A stretch of 64,000 nucleotides of DNA. It comes from Antedon mediterranea. Its lineage: Eukaryota > Animalia > Echinodermata. Position numbers and translations under genes: made by a program. This document shows, one piece after another, positions 24,801 through 37,200 of the stretch (position 1 is the stretch's first letter; the number at the start of each line of letters is the position of its first letter). Under the pieces are notes generated by a model that had not been told where the DNA came from, searched no databases, and saw only the letters and a list, made by a program, of their open reading frames with translations. The DNA lies in assembly GCF_964355755.1 (NCBI RefSeq), contig NC_092671.1, positions 35,970,304 to 36,034,303 of the forward strand, in the 5' to 3' direction.

Positions 24801-27233
24801 GTAGCGACTAGCTATCTTTATGTTTAGATAAGCTCATCTTGAAAATACTGTAATATTCTGGTACAATAAATAAGTCGTATACAATGTTGAACAAATGCGT
24901 ACAGTACTAATATATATTTACACGATGCAGCACCGTATCATCATAGCTACACAAAATACAAATAGGCCTATGTAAATAAAAACAGACAGACCATGTTGGT
25001 GCAAAAACACCAGATCTCTCAGAAAAACAAGTCCTATGTTTATTGTATGTACTTAAATTCAATATTGTGAAGTATTTCATTGGAATAAAATAGATAATCA
25101 TAGCAATGCATATTGTTACAGGTCAGAAAAAATAAATATCGAAAAACAAGAATAGTTACAATCTAACAACAGGACACTGAGCTCGCCGTGCCAAGATAGG
25201 AACTCGTAACGGTTCTTTGATCTTAATATGTCTGGCTGCGACAAATACCAACAGTACAGCACTATCTACATATTCTCCACAGAACACAGAGTCGGTTAGA
25301 ACTGATTATGTCGCAGCAGCCACAGACACACCCTTTGATCTCCGGAGCTCAGCATCCTGTTGTTGCCTTGGTTCAACACTTACTCTAGCTCTTACTCAAT
25401 CATAGTTACACAGATCTTGACGTAGCTGTCAAAATAACCAATAAAAGGTACCATAACACTACTTACAAAATACACTGTACAGGAAGCCAAGAAAATAATC
25501 ACTGGAAACACAATAGAAAATTCAGAAATAGGATCAAGCAGCAATTTTACAATATTAAAAACTAAAACTACAAAAAGACAAATATGATATTAATGCCAGG
25601 TGTATGGATTTATGGTGAAGATGCCAAATGCATCAATACTTTCCAGTGAAAATGAGATATGGATACGAACCATCTGTTTGGAAGCATTCCACTCTGAATA
25701 CCTTGATGAAATGGAAAAAGGTTTGGGATACAAACATCCTGGTCTGTACGTGACTTGTCGCAAATGTCAATCGCAAGTACATTACATATTTTTTTGGTTT
25801 CTTTAAATTTTAAATGGTTTTACGGAATTAAAAAATAAATGTTTACGCAAAATTGATTTTACAAATTTCAATTCTTCACTGTTGACTGATGGTATAAATA
25901 TTCATTGTAATACATGAATATGCATTAACATGTGATTGCATATGCAAAACATACCGTTTAATAATTATGCATATCATACGCCATACCTATCATATTTATC
26001 CTACGCAATATGCAAAACTTATTCAAATAATTTTCATGAAATACCAAAAAAAGAAAAAGAAAGTATTATTTTGCCAACAGGTGACAAATAAAAGTGATAG
26101 TTTTCTATACCAAATTTGGGAAAACTTTCTCAAAAGTGATTAAAATTGAGATTGCCAAGATCTAACCTTACGAGACAGTGGTTTCCTGGCCTGCGATTCC
26201 AGGTATAACCTCCCCTAGCATCAAAACATAAGCCAATTATCTAGTACGTTTTAGCTTCCATTTCGCTTCTGAATATTGCATAACGAACATACAAACAGTA
26301 GCGCAACGCAGTTGCCGGAGGCCCGTGGTTTAGGAACCCTCAGTTGCCCTCCAACGCTGGAGGCCTCAGCCTTTTTCGACACATTTTAATGCCAGTTTTT
26401 TCCTCTGGGCACTGCTCAGGGGCCTCCGTAAGGGTTTAGCAAGTGAGTGCTCATAGCCGTTACGCCATTGCATACAAATACTGACAAAGTATGAACTAAT
26501 GTTATACATGAAGAAGAATCTTACAAGAAACTTAACAATTGTAATATAGATATAAAACAGTGACACTTTAGCTTACTGGTGAAACAATGGGTAAAAACTG
26601 AAGATATATAATAAAAAAAGTGATGACATAAAACTGAACATCAGCCAACTTATATCGGTGGAATTACTGGCCTGGTCAACAGTCCTTACGGTCAACAAAC
26701 AATATTTTGAATTAAATTGTTATCTTTGATAAACTATACCAAAAGCAGTCTAGAATCTTTGACTGTACTTAACTTTATTACAAATTTAATCCAGCAATGA
26801 GTTGAATAATCCTAATTTAGAACTTATCACTTACTTAACATGATTCACTAATGTGTTTCTAATCTCCGTTTTCTAAGTATACTTATTTTACAACTGGTAT
26901 AATAACAACTATGTTTCTGCCATTACTGTAGTATTAAATAAGAGGTTTATGGTTGTCAGAAGACTATGGTGGTCTATGGCCTATGTTGTATTCTCTATGG
27001 TTTTTAAAAGTTAACCACTGTCATTGTGCCATTAGAACATGTTCTGTACAATGCATGATGTTTGGTGCGTCATCGCTGGGTTCTTCAATCCCTGTACCAT
27101 TTTACCATCGATTGCAGACACTGGTAATTCAATACAGCCGTTGTAACTTACTAGATTTGATGGTGGTGATGGATCTAGAGTTTCTTGAAATATAATGGGT
27201 ATATACAATGTTTGTCTTGAGCTGTCTTTTCGT

Positions 27234-27395
27234 GAGCATTATGGTATGAGAGGCACTATTTTCAGAGAGAAGCTTCAGGAGTGTCCAGAGCATTATGGTA
27301 TGAGAGGCAGTTTTTTCTAAGAGTTGCTTTGGAAGTGTCCAGAGCATAATGGTATGAGAGGCAGTATTTTCAAAGATTTGCTTCGGGAGTGTCCA
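27234..27395. repeat. 54-bp tandem repeat x3 in the putative 3' UTR
   Basis: gagcattatggtatgagaggca...gagtgtcca at 27234, 27288, 27342. Confidence 0.85.
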
Positions 27396-27465
27396 TTTTA
27401 ATAAAAGGCAAGATTTTCCACGGGTTCCATTCAGGAATATGTACAATTCAGAAACAGTCAGGATG

Positions 27466-27700
27466 CATTAATTTAGCTGGCAGTTCTTGGTGGTGCCAAA
27501 TTAAGCCAACTTGTAACAACTTGAAGCAGAATTCATTAATTTAGCTGGCAGTTCTTGGTGGTGCCAAATTAAGCCAACTTGTAACAACTTGAAGCAGAAT
27601 TCATTAATTTAGCTGGCAGTTCTTGGTGGTGCCAAATTAAGCCAACTTGAAGCAGAATTCATTAATTTAGCTGGCAGTTCTTGGTGGTGCCAAATTAAGC
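27466..27700. repeat. 68-bp tandem repeat x3.6 in the putative 3' UTR
   Basis: cattaatttagctggcagttcttggtggtgccaaattaagcc at 27466, 27534, 27602, 27660. Confidence 0.9.
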
Positions 27701-27789
27701 CTTTAGAATTGGAATCTTTTTTAAATGATCCTATTCTACAATCCAAATAAATGACAATTTGATTTAGTTCCATTGATAATGAGCACTTT

Positions 27790-27893
27790 TCAAGATTCAG
27801 TAGGTTCCACTGGTGGTAGTTCGCTACTAGATTCCTCCATTGTTTCCATTGGTAATTCTTCCTCATCTTGTGAGTTGCTTGAACTGGGAACTA
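27790..27893 (-). CDS. Putative terminal coding exon of an unidentified host gene (acidic, low-complexity C-terminus)
   Basis: Acceptor tttattattactttag; reads (V)VPSSSNSQDEEELPMETMEESSSELPPVEPTES-stop; phase matches exon 56034-56180. Confidence 0.6.
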
Positions 27894-28039
27894 CTAAAGT
27901 AATAATAAACAAATGGATAAACATAAATTTCATTTTCTACGACAAGTTATTTAAAATCATCAAAACACTGTAGAAATAAATCCAGAAGGGTAAACTTCAA
28001 ACTTTCTATTTTTTAATTGTTCGATTATTTATATTTTAA

Positions 28040-28368
28040 AGATGTATTGTCCCACAAAACTTGAAAAATGAAGATTAAATAAATGAGATTTTGAATATGT
28101 TATTTTGTAGTTTTGAAAAAGTTTTCACTTAAAAAAATGACAAAATAAATGGTTAAATACCAATAAATAAACCAAAATAGGCTACTGAATCTAGCTAAAA
28201 AATATGGTGGACTAAAAACACATTAGTTGGCAGCCAATTTTACTATTTTAGCATTAAATTACAATTTTTTCAGGTAATCTTTTTTTTTCTGATCTAACTA
28301 TTATGTGACATAAAAATGACATATTCAACAACACAAATAAGATTTTTTTTCAGGGGGACAATATATCT
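28040..28368. mobile_element. Kolobok-type MITE family D (~310 bp)
   Basis: TTAA agatgtattgtccc ... gggacaatatatct TTAA. Confidence 0.85.
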
Positions 28369-29302
28369 TTAATAATTTGAATTTCTTCCTATTATAACCA
28401 AAGTAATTAAATAGTTAAACAATCATACATTTCTTCGTTTTAACATTAAGTATACAAGAATGCGTAAATAAATGGAAAAGGATTTCTTAATTTAAAAAAT
28501 AAAATATACAAGACAGCTGTCCTCTGTAGGAATGATAAACAGAAAAAAACACTAAATTTAGTAAAATATTTATCAAATATTGGTTAATAAAAACTTGACA
28601 ACATTCAAAATACAGCTTCTTTATTTCATTCGTAATAGAATTAAAAGAGACAGGAAACTATTAATTTTATACAAGAAAGTATCTCATTTAAAAATCTGAA
28701 AAGCAATTGCTCCCACCTACTATTTTAATAGACAGTCTAGAGAAAAACAGGAAAACTACCAAATTTATCGACAATTTAACAGAAAGTTCAGGTAATTTTA
28801 AAGTTATTGAATTATAGGTACTTGTCGTTAAGCAAGTGGGGTTGCTAAAGCACTTATGGATAGATAAACAAAAATACCTTCAATCTCTCAAAAAATAAGC
28901 TGAAGTACGGTATCGGTAATGACAAGATAAACACAGTTTTAAACACAGACTAGCTATACTTTATATATTTAACTACAGTCAACTTTCTCCCAATACCTGA
29001 CACCTTTGGGCTGGCCAAATATGTCTGGTTTTCCAGTAAAGTCTGATATTCAGAATGTGTTTTTAATAGTAAAAATTAATTTTAGACTGTTTGGACTTGG
29101 GAGAGTTTCTGGTTTTTAGAGAATTTGGTATTTTGAGAGTTGAGGGGTTTTATAAGTTTAAAACCACTACATTTTATGGTGAATTATAAATTGAATGGTA
29201 AAACAAAGTTGGCTTCCAATTTAGGCAGTGTGAAAGTTTTGATTGATTTTGACAATATTTATATATATATCTATATTTATATTTAATAGTACTGCAATGT
29301 AA

Positions 29303-29418
29303 AGCTTAGTTCACAACGCAAACACGTAAGCCACAAGTTAGACCAATGACAAGTGGTAGTTTGATAATTGGCTGTGTTGCACTTACATCCTTGTGTTATA
29401 TCCTAGTGGGAACCAAGC
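29303..29418. mobile_element. Short decayed MITE with family B-type ends
   Basis: agcttagttc ... ctagtgggaaccaagct; related to 50385-50531. Confidence 0.55.
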
Positions 29419-29744
29419 TTTAAATAAGTATCTAAATGATGCTGCAATTGCTGTTATCATATCAGAATCACCTTTTTATTTAACCCAAAAAACATAATTT
29501 CACTTGTCCACTTTCAGAATAGGGCGGATTAATAAATTTGCAAATTGGACAATTCTCGGTCTGTTCCATAAATCATGCCAATCAAATTAAATAAAGAAGC
29601 CTCATCATTCTGACAATTGTAGAAATTCAAATTAACAAAGGAAATTCAATAGCTATTTTCGTGTAAAAATTAACACCTTTTGGCTACGAGACTCAACAAC
29701 AAGTAAAAGTGAAACGTACAGATTGCAAAGTAACAGGTACAACG

Positions 29745-30712
29745 GATAATTGATTAAGTAATTTTGGATCTGCTGTCGCCTAAAGAACAGTAGAAAAAAT
29801 TATCGGCTGTAGTTAGGCTAAAATGTTTAACTTGCATTGCAATCATATGGAACTATTAAATAGTAATTGATTAAGTAATTTTGGAACTCCTTTTGCCTAA
29901 AGAACACTTAGAAAACCTTATGGGCTGTATTTACGCTAAAATGTTTAACTTGCATTGGAATGAAATAACTATTAAATAGTAATTGATTAAGTAATTTTGG
30001 AACTATTAGAAAAAGTTATTTAGGCTAAAGCTTAATTGGAATGAAATTGAATAATTAATAATATAGTTTGATTGAGTAATTTTGGACCTGTTGTCGCCTT
30101 AAGAGTGGTAGAAAAAAGTTATGGGCAGCATTTAGGATAAAGCTTAACTGGAATGAAATTGAATAACTAATAATATAGTTTGATTGAGTAAAGAGTGGTA
30201 GATAAAAGTTATGGGCAGCATTTAGGATAAAGCTTAACTGGAATGAAATTGAATAACTAATAATATAGTTTGATTGAGTAATTTTGGAACTGTTGTCGCC
30301 TTAAGAGTGGTAGATAAAAGTTATGGGCAGCATTTAGGATGAAGCTTAATTGGAATGCAATTTAATAACTAATATAAATAGCAATTGATTAAGCAATTTT
30401 GGAGCTGCTGTCGCCTTAAAGTAGTAAAAAGCTTTATAGTAGACATAATTAGTTTAACTTGAATTGGACAGAAATCAAATAACTGATATTTGGTAATTGA
30501 TTAAGGAATTTTGGTACTCGCCTTTCTTTTAAATACGGTAGTTATTATTGAGTGCATTATAGGCTTAAACTTGAAATTGGACAGAAATCAAATAACTGAT
30601 ATTTGGTAATTGATTAAGTAATTTTGGTACTCGCCTTTCTTTTAAATACGGTAGTTATTATTGAGTGCATTATAGGCTTAAACTTGAAATTGGATAGTAA
30701 TCAAATAACTTA
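29745..30712. repeat. Diverged tandem array, ~115-120-bp units, about 9 copies
   Basis: taattgattaagtaattttgga...gcct(t)aa...tagaaaaa.ttatgggc...taggctaaa recurs; neighbouring units are most alike. Confidence 0.8.
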
Positions 30713-30821
30713 TTGTGATTGTTGATTGATAGTAGATGTTTCTAGAATTCTAATACCAGTATAAATGTGTTGATATATTAATTCTCTAGCCTCTTCCCCT
30801 CTGTGACTGCCTTTGGAGGGC

Positions 30822-32771
30822 TGTTGAACCCACAAATGTGAAAACGCCCACAAATGTGAAAACAACCACAAATGTGAAAACGCATCACCCACAAATGTGA
30901 AAACAACCACAAATGTGAAAACGCATCACCCACAAATGTGAAAACAACCACAAATGTGAAAACGCATCAACCACAAATGTGAAAACAGCACCCACAAATG
31001 TGAAAACGATCATCGCCCACAAATGTGATAACGCCCACAAATGTGAAAAAAGGAGAGACTTTTTCGCCCACAAATGTAAAAAAAATCAGATCAAATTTAA
31101 TGCTAGATTCAGACAAAAATTATATCATGATTGTATTGAGTTGTTTGTTCACGATACGTCTGTTAGGGTCGTCGTTAACACGTTGGATTATTATCATTTG
31201 CTGCTCGTGCGCGCGATATTTGCACGTTAACTCATTTGTTTAATGAACGTAATAGTTCAAGACAATATTATTTGTTATTTGCTGCGCGCGTGCACCATAC
31301 TTCAAGGTCAAGGCCATGTTATATCATTGTTGCTTCTAGTGTGTTGTTGTTGGCTTACTATTATGTACGTATAGTTATAAGTCGATGTTCGTTATTTTTT
31401 TGCGCGCTCACACGATACAACAAGGTCAAGGTTAAATTGCTACTTGTATGTAGTGTGTGGTTATTAACTCGTTGGCTTACTGTTATGTACGTATAGTTCC
31501 AAGTCGATGCTCGATTCGATGTTTTTGGGCGCGTACTACCACAAGGTCAAGGTCATATATACTATTGCTACTTGTATTGTGGTTGTTAACTCGTTGGCTT
31601 ATTGTTATGATAGTTCCAAGTCGATGGTCGATTCGATGTTTTTTGTGCGCGTGCACGATACTACAAGGTCATATATCATTGCTGCTTGAAGTGCAGTTGG
31701 GCTTACTATATTAGTATTATGTACGTATTATAGCTCCAAGTCGATGCTCGGTGTACACGATACTACAAGATCAACTATACTCGTCGTTCAGTTATTGACC
31801 TTGTAGTATCGTGCACGCGCGCAAAACATCGAACTTCGACTTGAAACTATACGTTAACAACCACACACCACAAGTAGCAATGGTATACAAGTCATGACCT
31901 TTGTAGTATCGTGCACGCGCACAAAAAACATCGAATCGAACATCGACTTGGAACTATACGAACATAACAATAAGCCAACGAATTAACAACCACAAGTAGC
32001 AATAGTATATTATGAACTTGACCTTGTGGTATCGTGTACGCCAACAAAAACATCGAATCGAGCATCGACTTGAACTATACGTACATAACAGTAAGCCAAC
32101 GAGTTAACAACCACACACTACATACAAGTAGCAATTTAACCTTGACCTTTTAGTATCGTGTGCACGCGCAAAAAAACATCGAACATCGACTTATAACTAT
32201 ACGTCCATAATAGTAAGCCAACAACCACACACTAGAAGCAACAATGATATAACATGGCCTTGAAGTATGGTGCACGCGCGCAGCAAATAACAAATATTGT
32301 CTTGAACTATTACGTTCATTAAACAAACGAGTTAACGTGCAAATATCGCGCGCATAAGCAGCAAATTATAATAATCCAACGCGTTAACCACGACCCTAAC
32401 AGACGTATCGTGAACAAACAATTATTGAAACAACTCAATACAATCATGATATAATGTAGTACCTCGATCAAAATTGTTTGAGTCTAGCATTAAATTTGAT
32501 CTGATTTTTTTTTTTACATTTGTGGCCGAAAAATTCTCATTTTTTTTTACATTTGTGGGCGTTATCACATTTGTGGGCGATGATCGTTTTCACATTTGTG
32601 GGCGCTGTTTATTACATTTGTGGTTGATGCGTTTTCACATTTGTGGTTGTTTTCACATTGTGGGTGATGCGTTTTCACATTTGTGGTTGTTTTCACATTT
32701 GTGGGTGATGCGTTTTCACATTTGTGGTTGTTTTCACATTTGTGGGCGTTTTTACATTTGTGGGTTCAACA
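30822..32771. mobile_element. Non-autonomous foldback DNA transposon, Ginger2/TDD-like
   Basis: Ends TGTTGAACCCACAAATGT / ACATTTGTGGGTTCAACA; exact 5-bp TSD agggc at 30817-30821 and 32772-32776; arms inverted to ~31790; 12 cacaaatgt units per arm plus ~120-bp internal modules. Confidence 0.85.
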
Positions 32772-33926
32772 AGGGCATACTCTTGAACTGTACCAGGAGC
32801 ATCTATTTTGTTAAATAGGCCTACTAGCACATCTATATTCCAATTATTTTTTCAACATCTACACTAGAAACCAACACATTTTAACACAACATCTTTCCCA
32901 ACACCAATCCCAGTTATGTTATGTCAAAACTTAAATTATTAGTGAATAAAACATTTTAATGTAAATAATTTAACAAAGAAATATAAAACTATAGTAGCTT
33001 AAAATGGACCTGAAATGGATTTTCGATTTTTTTCATTTTAGAATGATGTTTTGGGGGCTATTAGGTGTTGCTAGAATGTATATTGTTACAAAATATAAAT
33101 TGGCCCTTTTGGGGAAAGCCCCATTTGAAAAACAAAAAAATTCTCGGGTGACGTCACTTTGCGAATATATTCCTATCCCTCCAATGGAAAATTTGCAGTT
33201 TTTTGGCTATAACTCTTGAAATCTATAGAGTATTTTCTAAAAAATGCTTGTGCATTTGCAGAAACGTATTAAAAATTTTTTTTAGATAAAATTATTACCG
33301 TATAAACGGTTATTCATCGAGTAAATGACGATTTAAAATCTTAAAATCAACGGGTTTTTTCTGGCAATACCGAAGTTGGCCTGGCAACGTTGTCCGGGAT
33401 ACAGCTCCGTGCGCAATGATGCGTATCCATATTTTCCGTTCGTGTATTTTGTATATCGTTCGTAATTTATACTGCTAAAATTTGTTAGTTTCTTTAGTTT
33501 TTAGTTTAGCAGAATTAAATTAGTAATATGAGATGATAATTTATTTGTCACGAATCATGCAGTTCGAAAACGAATTTTATTCTTATTTTACTTTGGCTTG
33601 ACAATGAGCGCAGCAAGTTGTTGATATCGCTTTGGTCCTTGGATACACATGAAACGGAGCCTCGCCGCATGAATGGGTGGTGGATCGACTCCGCGCTCTG
33701 GATTGGGGGCCTAGGCCTAGTAAAGGTTTGGGAGGTAGGCCTTCTAAATTCGGGTTTTAGAACAAACGAAGTACATTTTAGGGACCTATATTTCAACAAC
33801 ATTAGATATTGAATAAATTAGTATTTCGTTTCGTTTCGTTTATTTATTTTTTCCACTCACTTATATATATATATATATATATCATTTACATTTACATAAC
33901 ATAACATATATTAAATGTGGGTGGAT

Positions 33927-33968
33927 GGAAGTCACAGTAAGTTCACTGAACTTTAAGTCGTGACTCCC
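33927..33968 (-). other. LINE 3' UTR stem-loop
   Basis: ggaagtcac...aagttca-c-tgaactt...gtgactccc nested inverted repeats ~100 bp from the tail. Confidence 0.6.
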
Positions 33969-34273
33969 GTATGCCTAAGTATACTAACATTGCTACAGAG
34001 TAGACTAAAATATAAATATATAATAGTGAAAGTACATAAAATAAAGAAATAAAAAAAAATTTAAATTATAGAAGTTAAGATAAACCAGGCAATTATATAA
34101 TATATGATAAAAGGGATAATGATAACAATTAGAGTACAATATGAAATATAATTAAATATGGTATAATAACAAGTATAACGATACAATGTAGCGGAGATTA
34201 TTGAATACCAGGGTGAAGGATTTAATGCCATGTATCACCACCAAATAAATAAGGATAAAAGATCGGCGAAAAT

Positions 34274-37200
34274 TTATGTAGCATATTCTGACACCATTTT
34301 GTGTTTGAAATTAGATTTAAAACTAGAAAAGGAAGATTTCTGTTTAAGTTCATTTGAGAGTGAAGTCCAAAGTTTGGGACCAAAATAATACATAGAAAAT
34401 CGTCGAGCCTTAACATTTAAATTATCAAGGATATAATTGTTAACAGAGGATCGGGTTTTATAGGAATGGCGTTCGTCAATTCTTGTAAATAAAGCATTAA
34501 AATGTGAAGGCAGTAAATTGTTAGATAAACGGTACATAAATGAGGCAACTTGTAATTTATTTAAATCATAAATGTTTAAAACGTTAAATCTTTTAAAAAG
34601 TAATTTTGTATGGGCTCTAAATGATTCTCCCGCGCAAATCCGAAGTGCACGTTTTTGTAGTTTAAAAAGGCGGTCAATTTGAGTTTTCTCTAGACTTGTC
34701 CAGGGGCAAAACGTATTAAATTTATCTAGAGTAATTGCCCAACATAAATTGGCATAAGAAAGGTAAGGCAAAACTAAAGTATTATAAAGGGTTAATAAGG
34801 TTTTTTGAGGGAAGATATGTTTTAATTTGTTCAATATTCCAACATTTCTAGAAACTAGATTACTGATTTTATTTATATGTAGTTTCCAAGTCAGAGAGGC
34901 ATCTATGGTTACTCCTAAAAATTGGGTTTCATTAACTCGTTTGATCATTTTATTATCAATGTATATTTGTTCATTTAAAGAATTTGAAATTTTACGTTTA
35001 GAAAATATTATATAGTTCGTTTTGAATGTATTAAGAGTTAATTTATTGTGTTTGAGCCAATTTGAAACTTTAAGTAACTCATCATTGACAATTTTAAACA
35101 AGGTATTTAATTTAGGATGAGAGAAAAAAATATTTGTGTCGTCAGCAAATAAGATAAAATTTAGTAATTTAGAGCTGTTTGGTATATCGTTAACAAAAAT
35201 CAGGAATAAGAGTGGTCCAAGAATCGATCCTTGGGGAACACCACAGGTTAAACGGGAATAGGAAGAGTTAAAATTATTTAAGGAAGTAAACTGAACACGA
35301 TTGGAAAGGTAGCTTTTAATTAGTTTTAAAGGAAGGCCTCTGATACCGTAATTTGAAAGTTTATGAATTAAAATATCGTGGTTAATAGTATCGAAGGCCT
35401 TAGATAAATCAAGGAAAATGCCAACAGAAAACTCATTTTTACTCAGGGCAATTGTAATTTTGTCAAAAATATCTAATAAAGCAAGATCTGTTGAATACTT
35501 TTTCCTGAAACCATATTGGCCTTTAAATAAAATGTTATGTTTAGTTAAAAAGGAAGAAATTCGATTATGCATTATTTTTTCAATTAATTTTGAGAAACAA
35601 GGAAGTAGGGAGATTGGTCTGTAGTTATTGAAATGATGAGGATCTTCTTTCTTGTAGATAGGGATGACTTTAGCTATTTTAAAAGAATCAGGAAAAATAC
35701 CGGTTTGAAAAGAAGTATTAAAAATGTGAGTTAAGGGTTTGCATATAAAATTAGAAACACGTTTAATAATTTTATTGGAAAACCCATCAAACCCAGGAGA
35801 TTTATTATCTTTGAGGGAAAGTATTATACTGACAACTTCATGTTCGGTTACAGGACTAAGAAAGAGAGAGTGCACACATGGACGAGGTAGGGTAGAAGTA
35901 TAATTATCATTATCCGACACATGTATTTTGTTAACTAAATTTGGCCCTATACTAGTAAAATAATTATTGAATTCAGTTGCAATTTGTTGAGGATTATTTA
36001 ATTCAATGTCATTGTTAATAAAGTGAGAAGGAAACGGTTTACGAGATTTCTTGCCAAGGACTCCATTTATTGTTTGCCAGGTTTTTTGGATGTTATTTTT
36101 ATGGAATTCAAATTTGTCACTGAAGTAATTCTTTTGGGCAGTACGAAGGATTTTGGTAAGTACATTTCGATATTTAACATATTTATCTTTGTCCTTTTGC
36201 TTTTTAGATATAAGAAATGTTTTATATAATTTGTGTTTTTTGTCGATAGATTTAATTAAGCATTTAGTTATCCAAGGTTTTTTTTCTTTCCGAATATTGC
36301 GTCTGGAACGAGTGGTTTTAATGTTGTTATTATATAATGTACTAAATATGTCGTTGAATAAAGCGTATGCCTCATTGGGTTCATTGGAGTTATAAATACT
36401 AGTCCAGTCAACATTTGACAAATCATTACTTAAGGCAGAAATTGAAATATCATTGACTTTTTTTATGTATATATATTTTGATTTAGGTTTCAGGTGTTGG
36501 AGAGGTTCTGATTTATGTACTAACAAGAAAACAGGAAAGTGATCCGAGATGTCCGAATATAGAATTCCGGAAGAAATGTTATCATATAGATTATTACAAA
36601 AAATATTGTCGATTAAAGTTGCAGAATTACGCGTAATTCTAGTTGGCCTAGTAATAAGAGGATAATAATTTGATTGAAATAAAGTATTAACAAAATCAGA
36701 AGTACCTTTATGTGTTTTGGAATTTAACAAGTTAATATTAAAGTCTCCTGGAATATATGCTGTTTTTTTCTCATTATTAATGGTGTCAATTAAATTAGAG
36801 ATATCTTTATTAAATGTGTTAATGGATAATTCAGGCAAACGATATACTACTCCAAGGATTATGTTTTTGGGTTGTGCATCGATTTCAATGAAAAGAGATT
36901 CCGAACCATTAGTAATGATAAATGATAAATCAGGGCGAAGAATATATTTAAATCTCTGGTGTAGGTAAATGGCAACGCCTCCTCCTGGTCTATCAGCTCG
37001 TGAAACATGCAAGAGGTTATAATTGGGAATATTATAAAAGGAAAAAGGCGTATTATGATTAAAAAAAGTTTCGGTGAAGCATAGTGCTGAGAATTCATGG
37101 TTAATAGCACCTACGCATACATTGATATCGTTAAAATGTTTAACAAGACTGCGTGCGTTTAAGTGAAAGATACTAAATGAATAATCTTGGGTTGAATATT

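Noticed and set aside
27129-27446. 105-aa ORF with an 18-aa repeat
   Set aside because: Arises from the 54-bp tandem repeat downstream of the proposed stop codon; no independent support for coding.
30831-31080. Regularly spaced cacaaatgtgaaaac repeats resembling a CRISPR array
   Set aside because: Spacers are mostly only 3-10 bp and themselves repeat, the array is mirrored in the other TIR, there are no cas genes, and the context is eukaryotic.
30710-32818. Several repetitive ORFs (FSHLW, FTFVG, FHICG)
   Set aside because: Artefacts of the 18/23-bp repeats in the foldback arms.
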